Part shown: positions 36,130-45,482 of the stretch, in pieces
Position numbering within the stretch: position 1 is the stretch's first letter
Layout: the number at the start of each line of letters is the position of its first letter
From: Planctomycetota bacterium
GTDB taxonomy: Bacteria > Planctomycetota > Planctomycetia > Pirellulales > PNKZ01
Reading direction: 5' to 3'
DNA length: 64,000 nucleotides
NCBI GenBank assembly: GCA_017303535.1
Contig: JAFLCO010000001.1
Coordinates: forward strand, 7,446 to 71,445
Translations under genes and position numbers: made by a program
Notes under the pieces: model-generated
What the model saw: the letters and a program-made list of their open reading frames with translations, nothing else
What the model was told of the DNA's origin: nothing
Database searches by the model: none

Positions 36130-37422
36130 ATGTCCCAACATCGTTTTTGCGACGGTTTGAAGCGGCGCGACTTCTTGAAGGTCGGTGCTCTGGGCGCAAG
36201 CCTCACGCTTACGGATTACCTTCGCTTGGCGAAGGCCGGCGAAGTGAAGTCGACCGCGAAGGCCAAGGCCGCGATTTACATCCGGCTCGGCGGCGGACCG
36301 ACGCACATGGACACATTTGATATGAAGCCGGAAGCTCCGGTCGAATATCGCGGCAACCTCAAGCCGATCAAGACGAACGTTCCGGGCATGGAGATCTGCG
36401 AAAAGTTCCCGCTGTTGGCCAAGTGCGCCGATAAGTTCACGATTCTCCGCGGCGTGAGCCACACGCTCGCCGCACACGAACTCGGGTCGAAGTACCTGCT
36501 CACCGGCAATCGGCCGTTGCCGTCGATCGAGTTTCCCTCGCTCGGCTCGATTGTCAGCAAGGAACTCGCGTCGCCGCCCGACATGCCGCCGTTCGTCGCC
36601 GTTCCCAATACGCCGCAAGGGGGCGGGTTCCTCGGTCTGCAATACGGCCCGTTCTCGACAAACGCGCAGCCGAAGCAAGGCCAACCGTTCAACGTGCGCG
36701 GCATCGGCCTGCAAGGGGGCATGACGCTTACCGAAGTCAATCGCCGCGAGCAATTGCTGGCCTCGGTCGACAACACCTTCCGTTCGATCGAAGCCAAGAG
36801 CGACGTACTCTCCGGCCTCGACGAATTCTCCGAACAAGCGTTCGCGATGATCAGCTCGAAGCGGGCCCGCGAGGCGTTTGACTTGGGGCGCGAAGATCCC
36901 AGCGTGGCCAAGCGGTTCGGCGACGGCGAAGTGAATCAAAGCGCCCTCCTGGCCGTGCGGCTCATCGAAGCCGGCGCCCGGTTTGTCACGCTGACGACCG
37001 GCAGTTGGGACATGCACAACGACATTTGGACCCGGCTCGACAAGAACTTGCCGATGGTCGACCAAACGCTGTCGGCGCTCCTGATGACGCTCGAAGAACG
37101 CGGCCTGCTGGAAAGCACCGCCGTCATCATGACGGGCGAATTCGGTCGGACGCCGAAGCTCAATCAACGCGGCGGACGCGATCACTGGCCGCGGGCGATG
37201 TTCGTCGTCATGGCCGGCGGCGGCATGAAGACCGGTCAAGTCATCGGCGCCTCCGACGACAAAGGCCAAGGCCCGGCCAACGAAGCGATCGCCCCGGACG
37301 ACGTGGCGACGACGCTGCTCACGACCTTGGGCATCGACACCCGCAAGGAATACCACACCAACACCGGCCGCCCGATCATGATCTCGCGCGACGGCAAACC
37401 GATCTCGAAGCTGCTGGGCTAA
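36130..37422 (+). CDS. DUF1501 domain protein (sulfatase-fold, Tat signal)
   Basis: 430 aa. Tat-like RRDFLKVGALGA and GGGPTHMDTFDMKPEAP, ending TGEFGRTPKLN...GRDHWP. It is the canonical partner of DUF1549/1553 genes. Confidence 0.9.
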   Translation: MSQHRFCDGLKRRDFLKVGALGASLTLTDYLRLAKAGEVKSTAKAKAAIYIRLGGGPTHMDTFDMKPEAPVEYRGNLKPIKTNVPGMEICEKFPLLAKCADKFTILRGVSHTLAAHELGSKYLLTGNRPLPSIEFPSLGSIVSKELASPPDMPPFVAVPNTPQGGGFLGLQYGPFSTNAQPKQGQPFNVRGIGLQGGMTLTEVNRREQLLASVDNTFRSIEAKSDVLSGLDEFSEQAFAMISSKRAREAFDLGREDPSVAKRFGDGEVNQSALLAVRLIEAGARFVTLTTGSWDMHNDIWTRLDKNLPMVDQTLSALLMTLEERGLLESTAVIMTGEFGRTPKLNQRGGRDHWPRAMFVVMAGGGMKTGQVIGASDDKGQGPANEAIAPDDVATTLLTTLGIDTRKEYHTNTGRPIMISRDGKPISKLLG

Positions 37423-37473
37423 GCGAGCGGGGAGCCCGAAGACGCCGCGGCGCCGAACAGAAATTTCACGCCG

Positions 37474-37505
37474 ACAGCGAGCCGGTAGCATCAGCGACCG
37501 GAGTC
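37474..37505. repeat. Family C repeat (reverse orientation)
   Basis: acagcgagccggtagcatcagcgaccggagtc, whose reverse complement is gactccggtcgctgatgctaccggctcgctgt (3 mismatches to consensus). Confidence 0.75.
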
Positions 37506-37532
37506 ATTAGCGTCTGAACGACGACGGAAACA

Positions 37533-37573
37533 ACAAACCGGCCGGAACTTCGCAAGAGGTCCGGCCGGTTTGT
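37533..37573. terminator. Bidirectional rho-independent terminator between convergent genes
   Basis: Perfect 14-bp stem acaaaccggccgga / tccggccggtttgt with a 13-nt loop. T-rich tails follow on both strands. Confidence 0.6.
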
Positions 37574-39007
37574 TTACTTCCCTACGCAATACAAATGCTT
37601 GCTAGAGCGAATGAAAATCGCGCCGTCGGCGGCGGCCGGGGTGCTGCTGAAATCTTCCGCTTCGTCCGTCACGCGATTCACGGCCAGTTGTTCGAACTTG
37701 TCGCCGGCCTTGAACACGAAAGTCTCGCCGCCGCGGGTCGTGTAGTAGACCTTGCCGTCGACGATGATCGGCGAGCCGTAGTCTTGGCCGCCGCGACCGC
37801 CGCGACCTCCGTAACCGCCGGCGAAGCCTCCTCCACCGGGCCCACCGAAGCCGCCGCCTCCAAAACCTCCCGGGCCGCCGAAGCCGCCGGGCCGTCCGGC
37901 CGGGTCCTCGCGTGCAACGTCGCCGGAGTTCGCTGCTGCCGCGTCGCTCGTCAGTCGGGCCTGAAAAATCTTCTTGCCGGTTTTGGCGTCGATGCAATTG
38001 GCGATCTTGTTCGCCACGAAATACACGCGCCCTTCATAAACGACCGGCGTACCGATGCGGTTGCTGTCTCGGCCGTTCCAGACGACGTGCGTTTTGGTAA
38101 CGTCGTCGGTACCGCCGGCTCGCACGGCGATCGAACCGCCGCCGCGTCCTTCGATGCCGATGACGGTGTCGCCGTCGACCGCGAGGCTCGAGCAAAACGA
38201 GTCGGTATCCATCGCCTCGCAGAACCAGAGGAACTTGCCGGTTCGCGGATCGAAGCCCCACACGTCGTACGGCACGCCGATGACGAGGTCCGTCCGCTGG
38301 TCGTCGACCTTCACCAGCACCGGCGTTCCCCAGGTGCTGTCGAAGCCGCCGGCCTTCTTGCGCCACACTTCCTTACCCGTCGCTTTGTCGAGCGCGATCA
38401 AGGCTTGGCTCTCGATGGCCGCCGTGACAATCACCAAGTTCTCAAACAAGATCGGGCTCGACGCCGTTCCCCAGCCGCGACGATCGGATTGGTCGCCGAC
38501 ATCGGTTTGCCACAGTTGTTTACCGTTCATGTCGAATGCCACGACGCCCGATTTGCCGAAGAACGCGAACACGCGCTCGCCGTCGCTCGCGGGCGTGTGC
38601 GAGGCGTAACCGTTTTCGGCGAACATCCCGCCGTAGCGATCCTCAGGCAACTTAGCGGCAACGGTCGCATCCCACAGCGTCTTGCCGGTCGCGCGGTCGA
38701 AGCAGACGAGATGTCGCTTGAGGTTCCTCTGCTCGCCGAGTTCACCGCGGTCGACGGCGTATCCGCTCCAGCAGGTGACGAGAACTTTGTCGCCGACGAC
38801 GATCGGGCACGACGAGCCGGGCCCAGGGAGCGCGACTTTCCACTTGATGCCTTCCTTCGGGCTCCACGTTGTCGGCGCGCTCGCGGAGTCCGGGGAAACA
38901 CCGGAACCGTTGGGGCCGCGGAAGCGCGACCAATCGGAGGCTGCTGATTCGCGGCCGCTGAACATCGCGAGACACATACCGATGACGGCGAGCGGAGCAC
39001 GCGACAT
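37574..39007 (-). CDS. PQQ-like beta-propeller repeat protein with internal Gly-rich insert
   Basis: ATG 39007 (MSRAPLAVIGMCLAMFSG signal). WSRFRGPNGSGV and propeller blades parallel 2912..4267. Insert: PAGRPGGFGGPGGFGGGGFGGPGGGGFAGGYGGRGGRGGQDYG. Confidence 0.8.
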   Translation of the reverse strand: MSRAPLAVIGMCLAMFSGRESAASDWSRFRGPNGSGVSPDSASAPTTWSPKEGIKWKVALPGPGSSCPIVVGDKVLVTCWSGYAVDRGELGEQRNLKRHLVCFDRATGKTLWDATVAAKLPEDRYGGMFAENGYASHTPASDGERVFAFFGKSGVVAFDMNGKQLWQTDVGDQSDRRGWGTASSPILFENLVIVTAAIESQALIALDKATGKEVWRKKAGGFDSTWGTPVLVKVDDQRTDLVIGVPYDVWGFDPRTGKFLWFCEAMDTDSFCSSLAVDGDTVIGIEGRGGGSIAVRAGGTDDVTKTHVVWNGRDSNRIGTPVVYEGRVYFVANKIANCIDAKTGKKIFQARLTSDAAAANSGDVAREDPAGRPGGFGGPGGFGGGGFGGPGGGGFAGGYGGRGGRGGQDYGSPIIVDGKVYYTTRGGETFVFKAGDKFEQLAVNRVTDEAEDFSSTPAAADGAIFIRSSKHLYCVGK

Positions 39008-39409
39008 GGGGCACCTAGGTGGAGGGGACGTCGTGAAGTGAGGCGGACCGTCGGAAGAAACCGCGCCGCCGGACCTTCCAAACCCCGCCGCGACGGCCGA
39101 GTTTCGCGGGCATCGCGACGGCCCGTTCTCTTCGGTCGCGCGAAGAAGCGTCCGGTTGAGGCGGCGGCCGCGCTCGAAATCGTCCGGCCTGGGCGAAATT
39201 CCCGGCAAAACCGGCGAACTTTACCGCGAAACGCCTGTCATAATTCAGAATTCGGGCTCCGTCCGCCGCCGTCGGCCCGTTGTCAATTTGCCCCCTGCGG
39301 TTTAAGGTAAATTGTTTGCCCACACGGGCTTGGCCTCGACCATCGGGTCGGTCGCCGCCTTTCCGTCAGCCGCCGTTTTTCGTCCCCTTTCAGCCTGCGA
39401 GATTCCGCC

Positions 39410-41194
39410 GTGGCCACGATCGCCAAGCCTGCCGCCGCCAAACCTGCCGCCGCCGTCGAACTGATGTGCGGGGCCGACATCGTTATCGAGTCGCTCATTC
39501 GGCACGGCGTCGACGTTATGTTCGCCTACCCGGGCGGGGCGAGCATGCCGCTGCACCAATCGCTGGTGAAGTACAAGGACAAGATTCGCACGATCCTGCC
39601 GCGCCACGAACAAGGGGGCGGTTTCGCGGCCCAAGGCTATACGCGCAGCACCGGCAAGGTCAGCGTTTGCATGGCCACAAGCGGCCCGGGCGCGACGAAC
39701 CTCGTGACCGTGATCGCCGACGCCAAGCTCGACAGCATCCCGCTCATCGCGATCACCGGCCAAGTGAAGACGCCGGTCATCGGCAGCGACGCGTTTCAAG
39801 AAACTCCGATGGTCGAAGTTTGTCGCGGTATCACGAAGCATCATTACTTGGTGACCGACGTCGCCGACTTGGCCCGCGTGATGAAGGAAGCGTTCCACAT
39901 TGCGACGACCGGCCGGCCGGGCCCGGTACTGATTGATATTCCGAAAGACGTGCAGCAGTTTGAAACCAAGGTCGATTTCGACTGCCCGATGAACTTGCCG
40001 GGCTATCACGTTGAAGATCGCAAAGCAAAGCCGGAAGAAATCAAGGCCGTGGCCGCCGCGATCAAGCGGGCCAAGAAGCCGGTGATCTACGCCGGCGGCG
40101 GCATCATCGCGGGCGAGGCGTCGGAAGAACTTCGCACGCTCGTGAAGAAGACCGGTATCCCCGTGGCCATGACCTTGATGGGCCTCGGCGCGTATCCGGG
40201 CGACGACAAGCTCTCGCTCGACATGCTCGGCATGCACGGCAGCGTGTACTCGAACTACGCCGTGGAATCGTGCGACCTGTTGTTGGCGTTCGGCGTGCGG
40301 TTCGACGACCGCGTCACCGGCAAGCTCGCGGAGTTCGCCAAGCACGCGGTGATCGTGCATATCGACATCGATCCGTCGGAGCTTCACAAGAACAAGCCGG
40401 CGCACATCGGCATCACGAGCGACATCAAGTTCGCGCTGGCCGAGTTGAACAAGATCGTCGAAGCGCCGACCGGCCTGGAGCCGTGGCTCAAGCAAGTGCA
40501 GGAATGGAAGACGACGTATCCGTACAAGTACGACAAGTCGTTCCCCGGCATCACGGCCCAATACGCGCTCAGCGAACTTGATCGGCTGATCAAGGATCGC
40601 GAGGCGATCGTCGCCGTGGGCGTCGGCCAGCATCAGATGTGGGCCGCGCAGTGGCTGAAATTCCGCAAACCCCGCACCTGGCTGTCGAGCAGCGGGCTGG
40701 GCACGATGGGCTTCGGCTTGCCGGCGGCGATGGGGGCCAAGGTCGCGCATCCGGATAAGCTCTGCTTCGACATCGACGGCGACGGCAGCTTCCAGATGAA
40801 CATTCAGGAACTCGGCACCTGCGTCTGCGAGAAGATTCCGGTGAAGGTGCTGCTGCTCAACAACCAGCATCTCGGCATGGTCGTGCAGTGGGAAGATCGC
40901 TTCCACGACGCGACTCGCGCCCACACGTACCTCGGCCCGGTCGATCATCCGGAAGCGGCCGGCAAAGGTGACGGGCTTGGCAATCCCGAGCGTTATCCGA
41001 ACTTCGTGCAGATCGCCAAGGGCTACGGCTGGGGCGCTCGCTTCGTGAACAAGAAGGAAGACCTCGCGGCGGCCCTGCAGGAAATGATCGACTACGACGG
41101 TCCGTTCTTGCTCGACGTGCAAACGCCGTATCAAGAGCACGTGCTGCCGATGATCCCGGCCGGCATGACGGTCCGCGATTTGATCAACGACTAA
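39410..41194 (+). CDS. ilvB: Acetolactate synthase (biosynthetic) large subunit
   Basis: GTG start, 594 aa. Motifs [36 protein letters not shown] and the TPP motif [15 protein letters not shown]...DGDGSFQMN. Confidence 0.95.
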   Translation: MATIAKPAAAKPAAAVELMCGADIVIESLIRHGVDVMFAYPGGASMPLHQSLVKYKDKIRTILPRHEQGGGFAAQGYTRSTGKVSVCMATSGPGATNLVTVIADAKLDSIPLIAITGQVKTPVIGSDAFQETPMVEVCRGITKHHYLVTDVADLARVMKEAFHIATTGRPGPVLIDIPKDVQQFETKVDFDCPMNLPGYHVEDRKAKPEEIKAVAAAIKRAKKPVIYAGGGIIAGEASEELRTLVKKTGIPVAMTLMGLGAYPGDDKLSLDMLGMHGSVYSNYAVESCDLLLAFGVRFDDRVTGKLAEFAKHAVIVHIDIDPSELHKNKPAHIGITSDIKFALAELNKIVEAPTGLEPWLKQVQEWKTTYPYKYDKSFPGITAQYALSELDRLIKDREAIVAVGVGQHQMWAAQWLKFRKPRTWLSSSGLGTMGFGLPAAMGAKVAHPDKLCFDIDGDGSFQMNIQELGTCVCEKIPVKVLLLNNQHLGMVVQWEDRFHDATRAHTYLGPVDHPEAAGKGDGLGNPERYPNFVQIAKGYGWGARFVNKKEDLAAALQEMIDYDGPFLLDVQTPYQEHVLPMIPAGMTVRDLIND

Positions 41195-41206
41195 CGCAGT
41201 CGCCTC

Positions 41207-42097
41207 GTGAACCGCGAATCGCTCCTCGTCATCGGTGCGTCGTCGCTTGTCGGGCGACGTCTCGTCGAGTTGCTGGCGCAGGAGCCGTACGCCGAGCGGC
41301 ATGCGGCTCGGTTTACGTCGAGCAAGCCTCGTGACGGTCGCTTGCTACTGGATTTATCTCGGCCCAATGACTTTGCGCCGGACGAGCCGCCGACGACCGT
41401 GGTCTTCTGTTGCCCGATCCGCATGGTCTCGACCGAGGCCCTCACGCGATTGCACGTGCTTGGCATGCGAAGAGTCGTCGCCTTCTCGTCGACGAGCCGG
41501 TTTACGAAAACCGACTCCGCCGAACCGGCCGAACGCGCGGCGGCCGACGACCTCATCGCGGCGGAAGACCGATTGACGACGTTCGCCCGAGCGCACGGCG
41601 TCGGCTACACGATTCTCCGCCCGACGATCATCTACGACGAAGGCTTCGACAAGAACATCACGCGCATCGCCGCCTTCATCCGGCGGTTCGGCTTCTTCAT
41701 CGTCTGCGGCCGTGCCGACGGCTTGCGGCAACCGGTTCATGCCCGGGACTTGGCCCGGGCCGTTCTGCAGACGCTTGAGCACGACGCGGCACACAATCAA
41801 GCGTACGAGCTAAGCGGCGGAGAAACGCTGACTTACCGTGAGATGGTGCGGCGTGTTTTTGAGGGGCTCGGCCGGCCGCCGCGCATCATCTCTTTGCCGG
41901 CGTTGGCCTGGCGTGTCGGGTTCAGCATGCTCGGCCTTGCTCGCCGTCGCCGAACATCGCTGCAGGAAAACGTGCAAATGGCCCTGCGGATGAACAAAGA
42001 CATGATCTTTGATCACGGGGCGGCGACGCGCGATTTCGGCTATTCGCCGGTCGAATTCCGACCGCAATTTGGCCCGCCGGCTCCACCGCCGCGGTAA
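41207..42097 (+). CDS. NAD(P)-binding epimerase/dehydratase (SDR-type) family protein
   Basis: GTG start. LLVIGASSLVGRRLVELL Rossmann N-terminus. 296 aa. Confidence 0.65.
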   Translation: MNRESLLVIGASSLVGRRLVELLAQEPYAERHAARFTSSKPRDGRLLLDLSRPNDFAPDEPPTTVVFCCPIRMVSTEALTRLHVLGMRRVVAFSSTSRFTKTDSAEPAERAAADDLIAAEDRLTTFARAHGVGYTILRPTIIYDEGFDKNITRIAAFIRRFGFFIVCGRADGLRQPVHARDLARAVLQTLEHDAAHNQAYELSGGETLTYREMVRRVFEGLGRPPRIISLPALAWRVGFSMLGLARRRRTSLQENVQMALRMNKDMIFDHGAATRDFGYSPVEFRPQFGPPAPPPR

Positions 42098-42195
42098 CTA
42101 TAGGATTGGTAACAGCTTAGGGATTGCACGCCTGGATACTTGTTCAAACAACTATTGTCTTGACGATGTTCGTTTCGACCGATAATAAAGTAGGT

Positions 42196-42696
42196 ATGAC
42201 CAACGTTGCTCCCCTCAACCCGCGTCGCGTCCAAAAGTTCGACTCGCTCGAACAGGCGGCCTATTTGCATCTATGGCGGGCCTACGATCGCTTGCGGGCG
42301 ATGGAAGACGAACTCTTTGGCCGCTTCGACCTCTCGGCCCAACAATACAACACGCTCCGTTTGCTCAAGGCGGCCCATCCGGGAACCATGTCGACTTCGG
42401 CCCTCGGCGCGAAGCTGATCTCGCGGGCACCCGACATGACGCGGCTGCTCGACAAGCTCGACGAACGGGGGCTCGTGCGACGCGAGCGCAAAGCCGAAAA
42501 CCGCCGCGTCGTGGAAGTCGGCCTCACCGAAGCCGGCGCGGCGCTCATTGATTCGCTGGCCGAGGAAGTCCGCGCTTGCCACGATCGGCAGCTTGGGCAT
42601 CTCAGCGATAAGAAGCTGCGCGAGTTAATCACTCTGCTCAATGAAGTTCGTGGTCCGCATGAAGACGCCGAGCGCCCTTGGCCGGCGAGCGAGTAG
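42196..42696 (+). CDS. MarR family transcriptional regulator
   Basis: ATG 42196. LSAQQYNTLRLLKAA...STSALGAKLISRAPDMTRLLDKLDERGLVRRER is a winged-helix MarR core. Confidence 0.85.
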   Translation: MTNVAPLNPRRVQKFDSLEQAAYLHLWRAYDRLRAMEDELFGRFDLSAQQYNTLRLLKAAHPGTMSTSALGAKLISRAPDMTRLLDKLDERGLVRRERKAENRRVVEVGLTEAGAALIDSLAEEVRACHDRQLGHLSDKKLRELITLLNEVRGPHEDAERPWPASE

Positions 42697-42710
42697 TTGC
42701 TCTTGAGAAC

Positions 42711-42736
42711 GCGGAGACAAGCTCCGCGGCTAAATG
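42711..42736. repeat. GCTAA-hairpin element (family A)
   Basis: gcggagacaagctccgcggctaaatg. Near-identical to arm 1205-1231. Confidence 0.7.
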
Positions 42737-42746
42737 ACTTGTTTTA

Positions 42747-42774
42747 CTGATGTCTGACGTCTGATATCTGAAGT
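42747..42774. repeat. Heptamer-periodic tract (CTGANNT)x4
   Basis: ctgatgt ctgacgt ctgatat ctgaagt, 45 nt upstream of ATG 42819. Confidence 0.75.
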
Positions 42775-42818
42775 CTCCTAGCACGCATTCCTTTCGCCCC
42801 TATTCGCGAGTGTCGTAA

Positions 42819-44090
42819 ATGATCACTTCCGCTCATCCCGACGTCATCGTCATTGGCGGCGGCCCTTCCGGCGCCACCGTTTCCACGCTCATCGCTCAGA
42901 AGGGTTACAAGGTCCAACTCTTTGAGCGCGAGAAGTTTCCCCGCTATCACATCGGCGAATCCTTAATTCCCGAAACGTTTTGGGTGCTCGAGCGGCTCAA
43001 TATGCTGCCGAAGATGAAGAAGAGTCACTTCGTCCACAAGCACAGCGTGCAATTCGTCACTTCGAAAGGAAAGCTCTCCGAGCCGTTTTACTTCCACGAC
43101 AACAAGCCGCACGAATGTTCGCAGACGTGGCAAGTCGAACGTGCGGAATTCGACGAAATGATGCTCAACAATGCTCGCGAGCACGGCGTCGACGTCCATG
43201 AAGAAACGCGGGTCGTCGATATCCTGTTCGAAGGCAAGCGCGCCGTCGGCGTGAAGATCATGGATAAGAACGGCGCCGAGCGCGAAGTGCGGGCCGACGT
43301 CGTGATCGACGCCGCCGGGCAAAGCTGCATCATCCAAGACCGCTTTAACCTGCGCGAATGGGACCCGGTGCTGAAGAAGGCCGCCCTCTGGACATATTGG
43401 GAAGGCGCTTATCGCGACACGGGTCGCGACGAAGGCGCCACGATCGTAATGCAGACCGAAGGCAAACAAGGCTGGTTCTGGTACATCCCGCTGCACGATA
43501 ACAAGATCAGCGTCGGCGTGGTCGCGCCTTACACTTACCTCTTCACCGAACGTGACACGAAGGATCTCGAAAAGATCTACTTCGATGAAGTCGCCAAGTG
43601 CCCCGGCTTGCAACCGCGGATCGCCAACGCTAAGCAAGTCGCGCCGTTCCGCGCCGCGAAGGAATACTCGTACCGCGCGAAGGAAGTGGCGGGCGACGGC
43701 TGGGTTCTGGTCGGCGATGCGTTCGGCTTTCTTGATCCGCTCTATTCCTCCGGCGTGCTACTCGCGCTACGGTCGGGGGCCTGCGCCGCCGACGCCGTTT
43801 GCGAAGGCCTGGCCAAGGGAGACACCTCGGCCGCGCAACTCGGCAAGTGGGGGCCGGATTTCGTCGCCGGCATGGAGCGGATGCGTCGCCTGGTTTGCGA
43901 GTACTACGACGGCTTCAGCTTCGGCCGGTTCGTCAAGAAGCATCCGCACTTGAAGGGACATCTCACCGACTTGCTCATCGGCGACCTGTTCACGGATAAG
44001 GTCGACGACGTCGTCGCGCCGATGGACGAACTGCGTGCCGAGATGAACGCCGCCAAGGCTGCCGGCCAACCGGTGCAATTGGGCGAGTAG
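42819..44090 (+). CDS. FAD-dependent oxidoreductase, flavin-dependent halogenase-like
   Basis: 423 aa. Dinucleotide fold VIVIGGGPSGAT, GESLIPE, and the WxWxIP-type motif GWFWYIPL. Confidence 0.7.
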   Translation: MITSAHPDVIVIGGGPSGATVSTLIAQKGYKVQLFEREKFPRYHIGESLIPETFWVLERLNMLPKMKKSHFVHKHSVQFVTSKGKLSEPFYFHDNKPHECSQTWQVERAEFDEMMLNNAREHGVDVHEETRVVDILFEGKRAVGVKIMDKNGAEREVRADVVIDAAGQSCIIQDRFNLREWDPVLKKAALWTYWEGAYRDTGRDEGATIVMQTEGKQGWFWYIPLHDNKISVGVVAPYTYLFTERDTKDLEKIYFDEVAKCPGLQPRIANAKQVAPFRAAKEYSYRAKEVAGDGWVLVGDAFGFLDPLYSSGVLLALRSGACAADAVCEGLAKGDTSAAQLGKWGPDFVAGMERMRRLVCEYYDGFSFGRFVKKHPHLKGHLTDLLIGDLFTDKVDDVVAPMDELRAEMNAAKAAGQPVQLGE

Positions 44091-44096
44091 CACCTG

Positions 44097-45401
44097 ATGC
44101 CTGGAACTGCCTTCACGTCGCTCTTGGTGCAGTTGGCCGTCATGCTCGTGTGCGGGCTCGCCGGCGGCATCCTTATGCGCCGACTACGGCAACCGGCCGT
44201 GGTCGGCGAGATGCTCTGCGGCGTGGTCCTTGGGCCGACGCTCCTGGGTGCCATCGCGCCGGAGTTTCAAACGTCGCTCTTCCCGACGTCCGGCGATGCG
44301 GCCGCGCTCCGCAACGCCGTCATCAAGTTCGGCATGCTGTTCTTCATGTTCACCGTGGGCTTGGAGATCAATGCCCGCGGCGTGTTGAAGAACGGCCGCG
44401 TCGCCCTCTTCGTCGGCTTGCTCGGTACGCTAGCGCCGCTGGCCGCCGGTATGGCTCTCGTGTACGCCGCGCCGCATTTATTCGGCTTGGAAAATCCCGC
44501 GCATGAGTTTCCGCTTGCGCTCTTCATCGGCGCGGCCATGGCCAACTCCGCCAATCCGGTGTTGGCCCGCATCCTGCTCGATCTCGGTTTGCTGAAAGAC
44601 AAGTTCGGCGCGATCATTATGTCGGCCACGGTGATCGACGATCTCGTGAGCTGGATGTTGCTCTTCGTTGCGTTTGAGCAGATTTCGCAGCCTCAGGCGG
44701 GCATAGCAGCGGGCGTCGGTTCCGAGATCGTCGAACTCACGGCTTTCTTCGCCGGAACGCTGCTCGTCGGCGCGGCGGCCTCACGACTCTTGGCCTATTG
44801 GCACCGCGTGCGGCCGCAGCAATCGGCAGGACGCATGACGGTCGTGGCTGCGCTCTTGTTGCTGGCCGCGGCCGTGGCAGAGTCGCTGGAAATTCACGCA
44901 TTCCTCGGGGCGTTTTTGTTCGGCGTCATGCTCACACCGACGCCGAGCGAAGCCGAAGATCAGGCCTATGAAGGAATTCGCCGCTTTTCGAACGGCGTCT
45001 TCGTGCCGATCTACTTTGTCTCCCTCGGGCTAACGACCGACTTTGCGAAACATTTTGCTCCGGTCTTGGTGCTTGCCGTCATACTTGTGGCGTGCATCAG
45101 CAAGATTCCGGCCGCTTACGTCGGCGGGCGCCTCGGCGGCTTGGGGAATCGTATGTCGCTGGCCGTCGGCTGGGGGATGAATGCCCGCGGAGCGACGGGA
45201 ATCATTCTCGCCAATCTCGGGCTCGATCGTGGGGCGATTAATCTGCCGACGTACGTCGCTCTGGTGACGATGGCGATCGCCACATCATTGGCGGCCGCCC
45301 CGATGATGAAGCGGTTGGTCGCTCAGCATGAGCAAGAAGTGAAAGCCGCCGCGATTATGCGCGAGACATTGGAAAGGCGAGCAAGCGGAGCCGCCGGCTA
45401 A
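44097..45401 (+). CDS. Cation:proton antiporter (CPA2/Kef-like Na+/H+ exchanger family)
   Basis: 434-aa polytopic ORF, 6 nt after the preceding stop. Typical N-terminal LVQLAVMLVCGLAGGILMRRLRQPAVVGEMLCGVVLGP. Confidence 0.85.
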   Translation: MPGTAFTSLLVQLAVMLVCGLAGGILMRRLRQPAVVGEMLCGVVLGPTLLGAIAPEFQTSLFPTSGDAAALRNAVIKFGMLFFMFTVGLEINARGVLKNGRVALFVGLLGTLAPLAAGMALVYAAPHLFGLENPAHEFPLALFIGAAMANSANPVLARILLDLGLLKDKFGAIIMSATVIDDLVSWMLLFVAFEQISQPQAGIAAGVGSEIVELTAFFAGTLLVGAAASRLLAYWHRVRPQQSAGRMTVVAALLLLAAAVAESLEIHAFLGAFLFGVMLTPTPSEAEDQAYEGIRRFSNGVFVPIYFVSLGLTTDFAKHFAPVLVLAVILVACISKIPAAYVGGRLGGLGNRMSLAVGWGMNARGATGIILANLGLDRGAINLPTYVALVTMAIATSLAAAPMMKRLVAQHEQEVKAAAIMRETLERRASGAAG

Positions 45402-45482
45402 AAAGCTTGAATCGACGATGCTCGGCCTCCCTTCGGTCGGGTGATGCCGAGTCATCGGAATACTTCGTCTTTTTGCCTCCTA

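Noticed and set aside
39302-41302. Other long antisense or alternative-frame ORFs: the 666-aa ORF opposite ilvB, 36085..37491 opposite DUF1501, 3380..4243, 4369..5475, 16017..17057, 29151..30056, 31674..33077 and 54557..55543.
   Set aside because: Same explanation, checked for two cases: 39302 and 39410 share mod 3 = 2, and 36085 and 36130 share mod 3 = 1. The compositions are Arg/His/Asp-rich junk, and each fully overlaps a motif-supported gene on the other strand.
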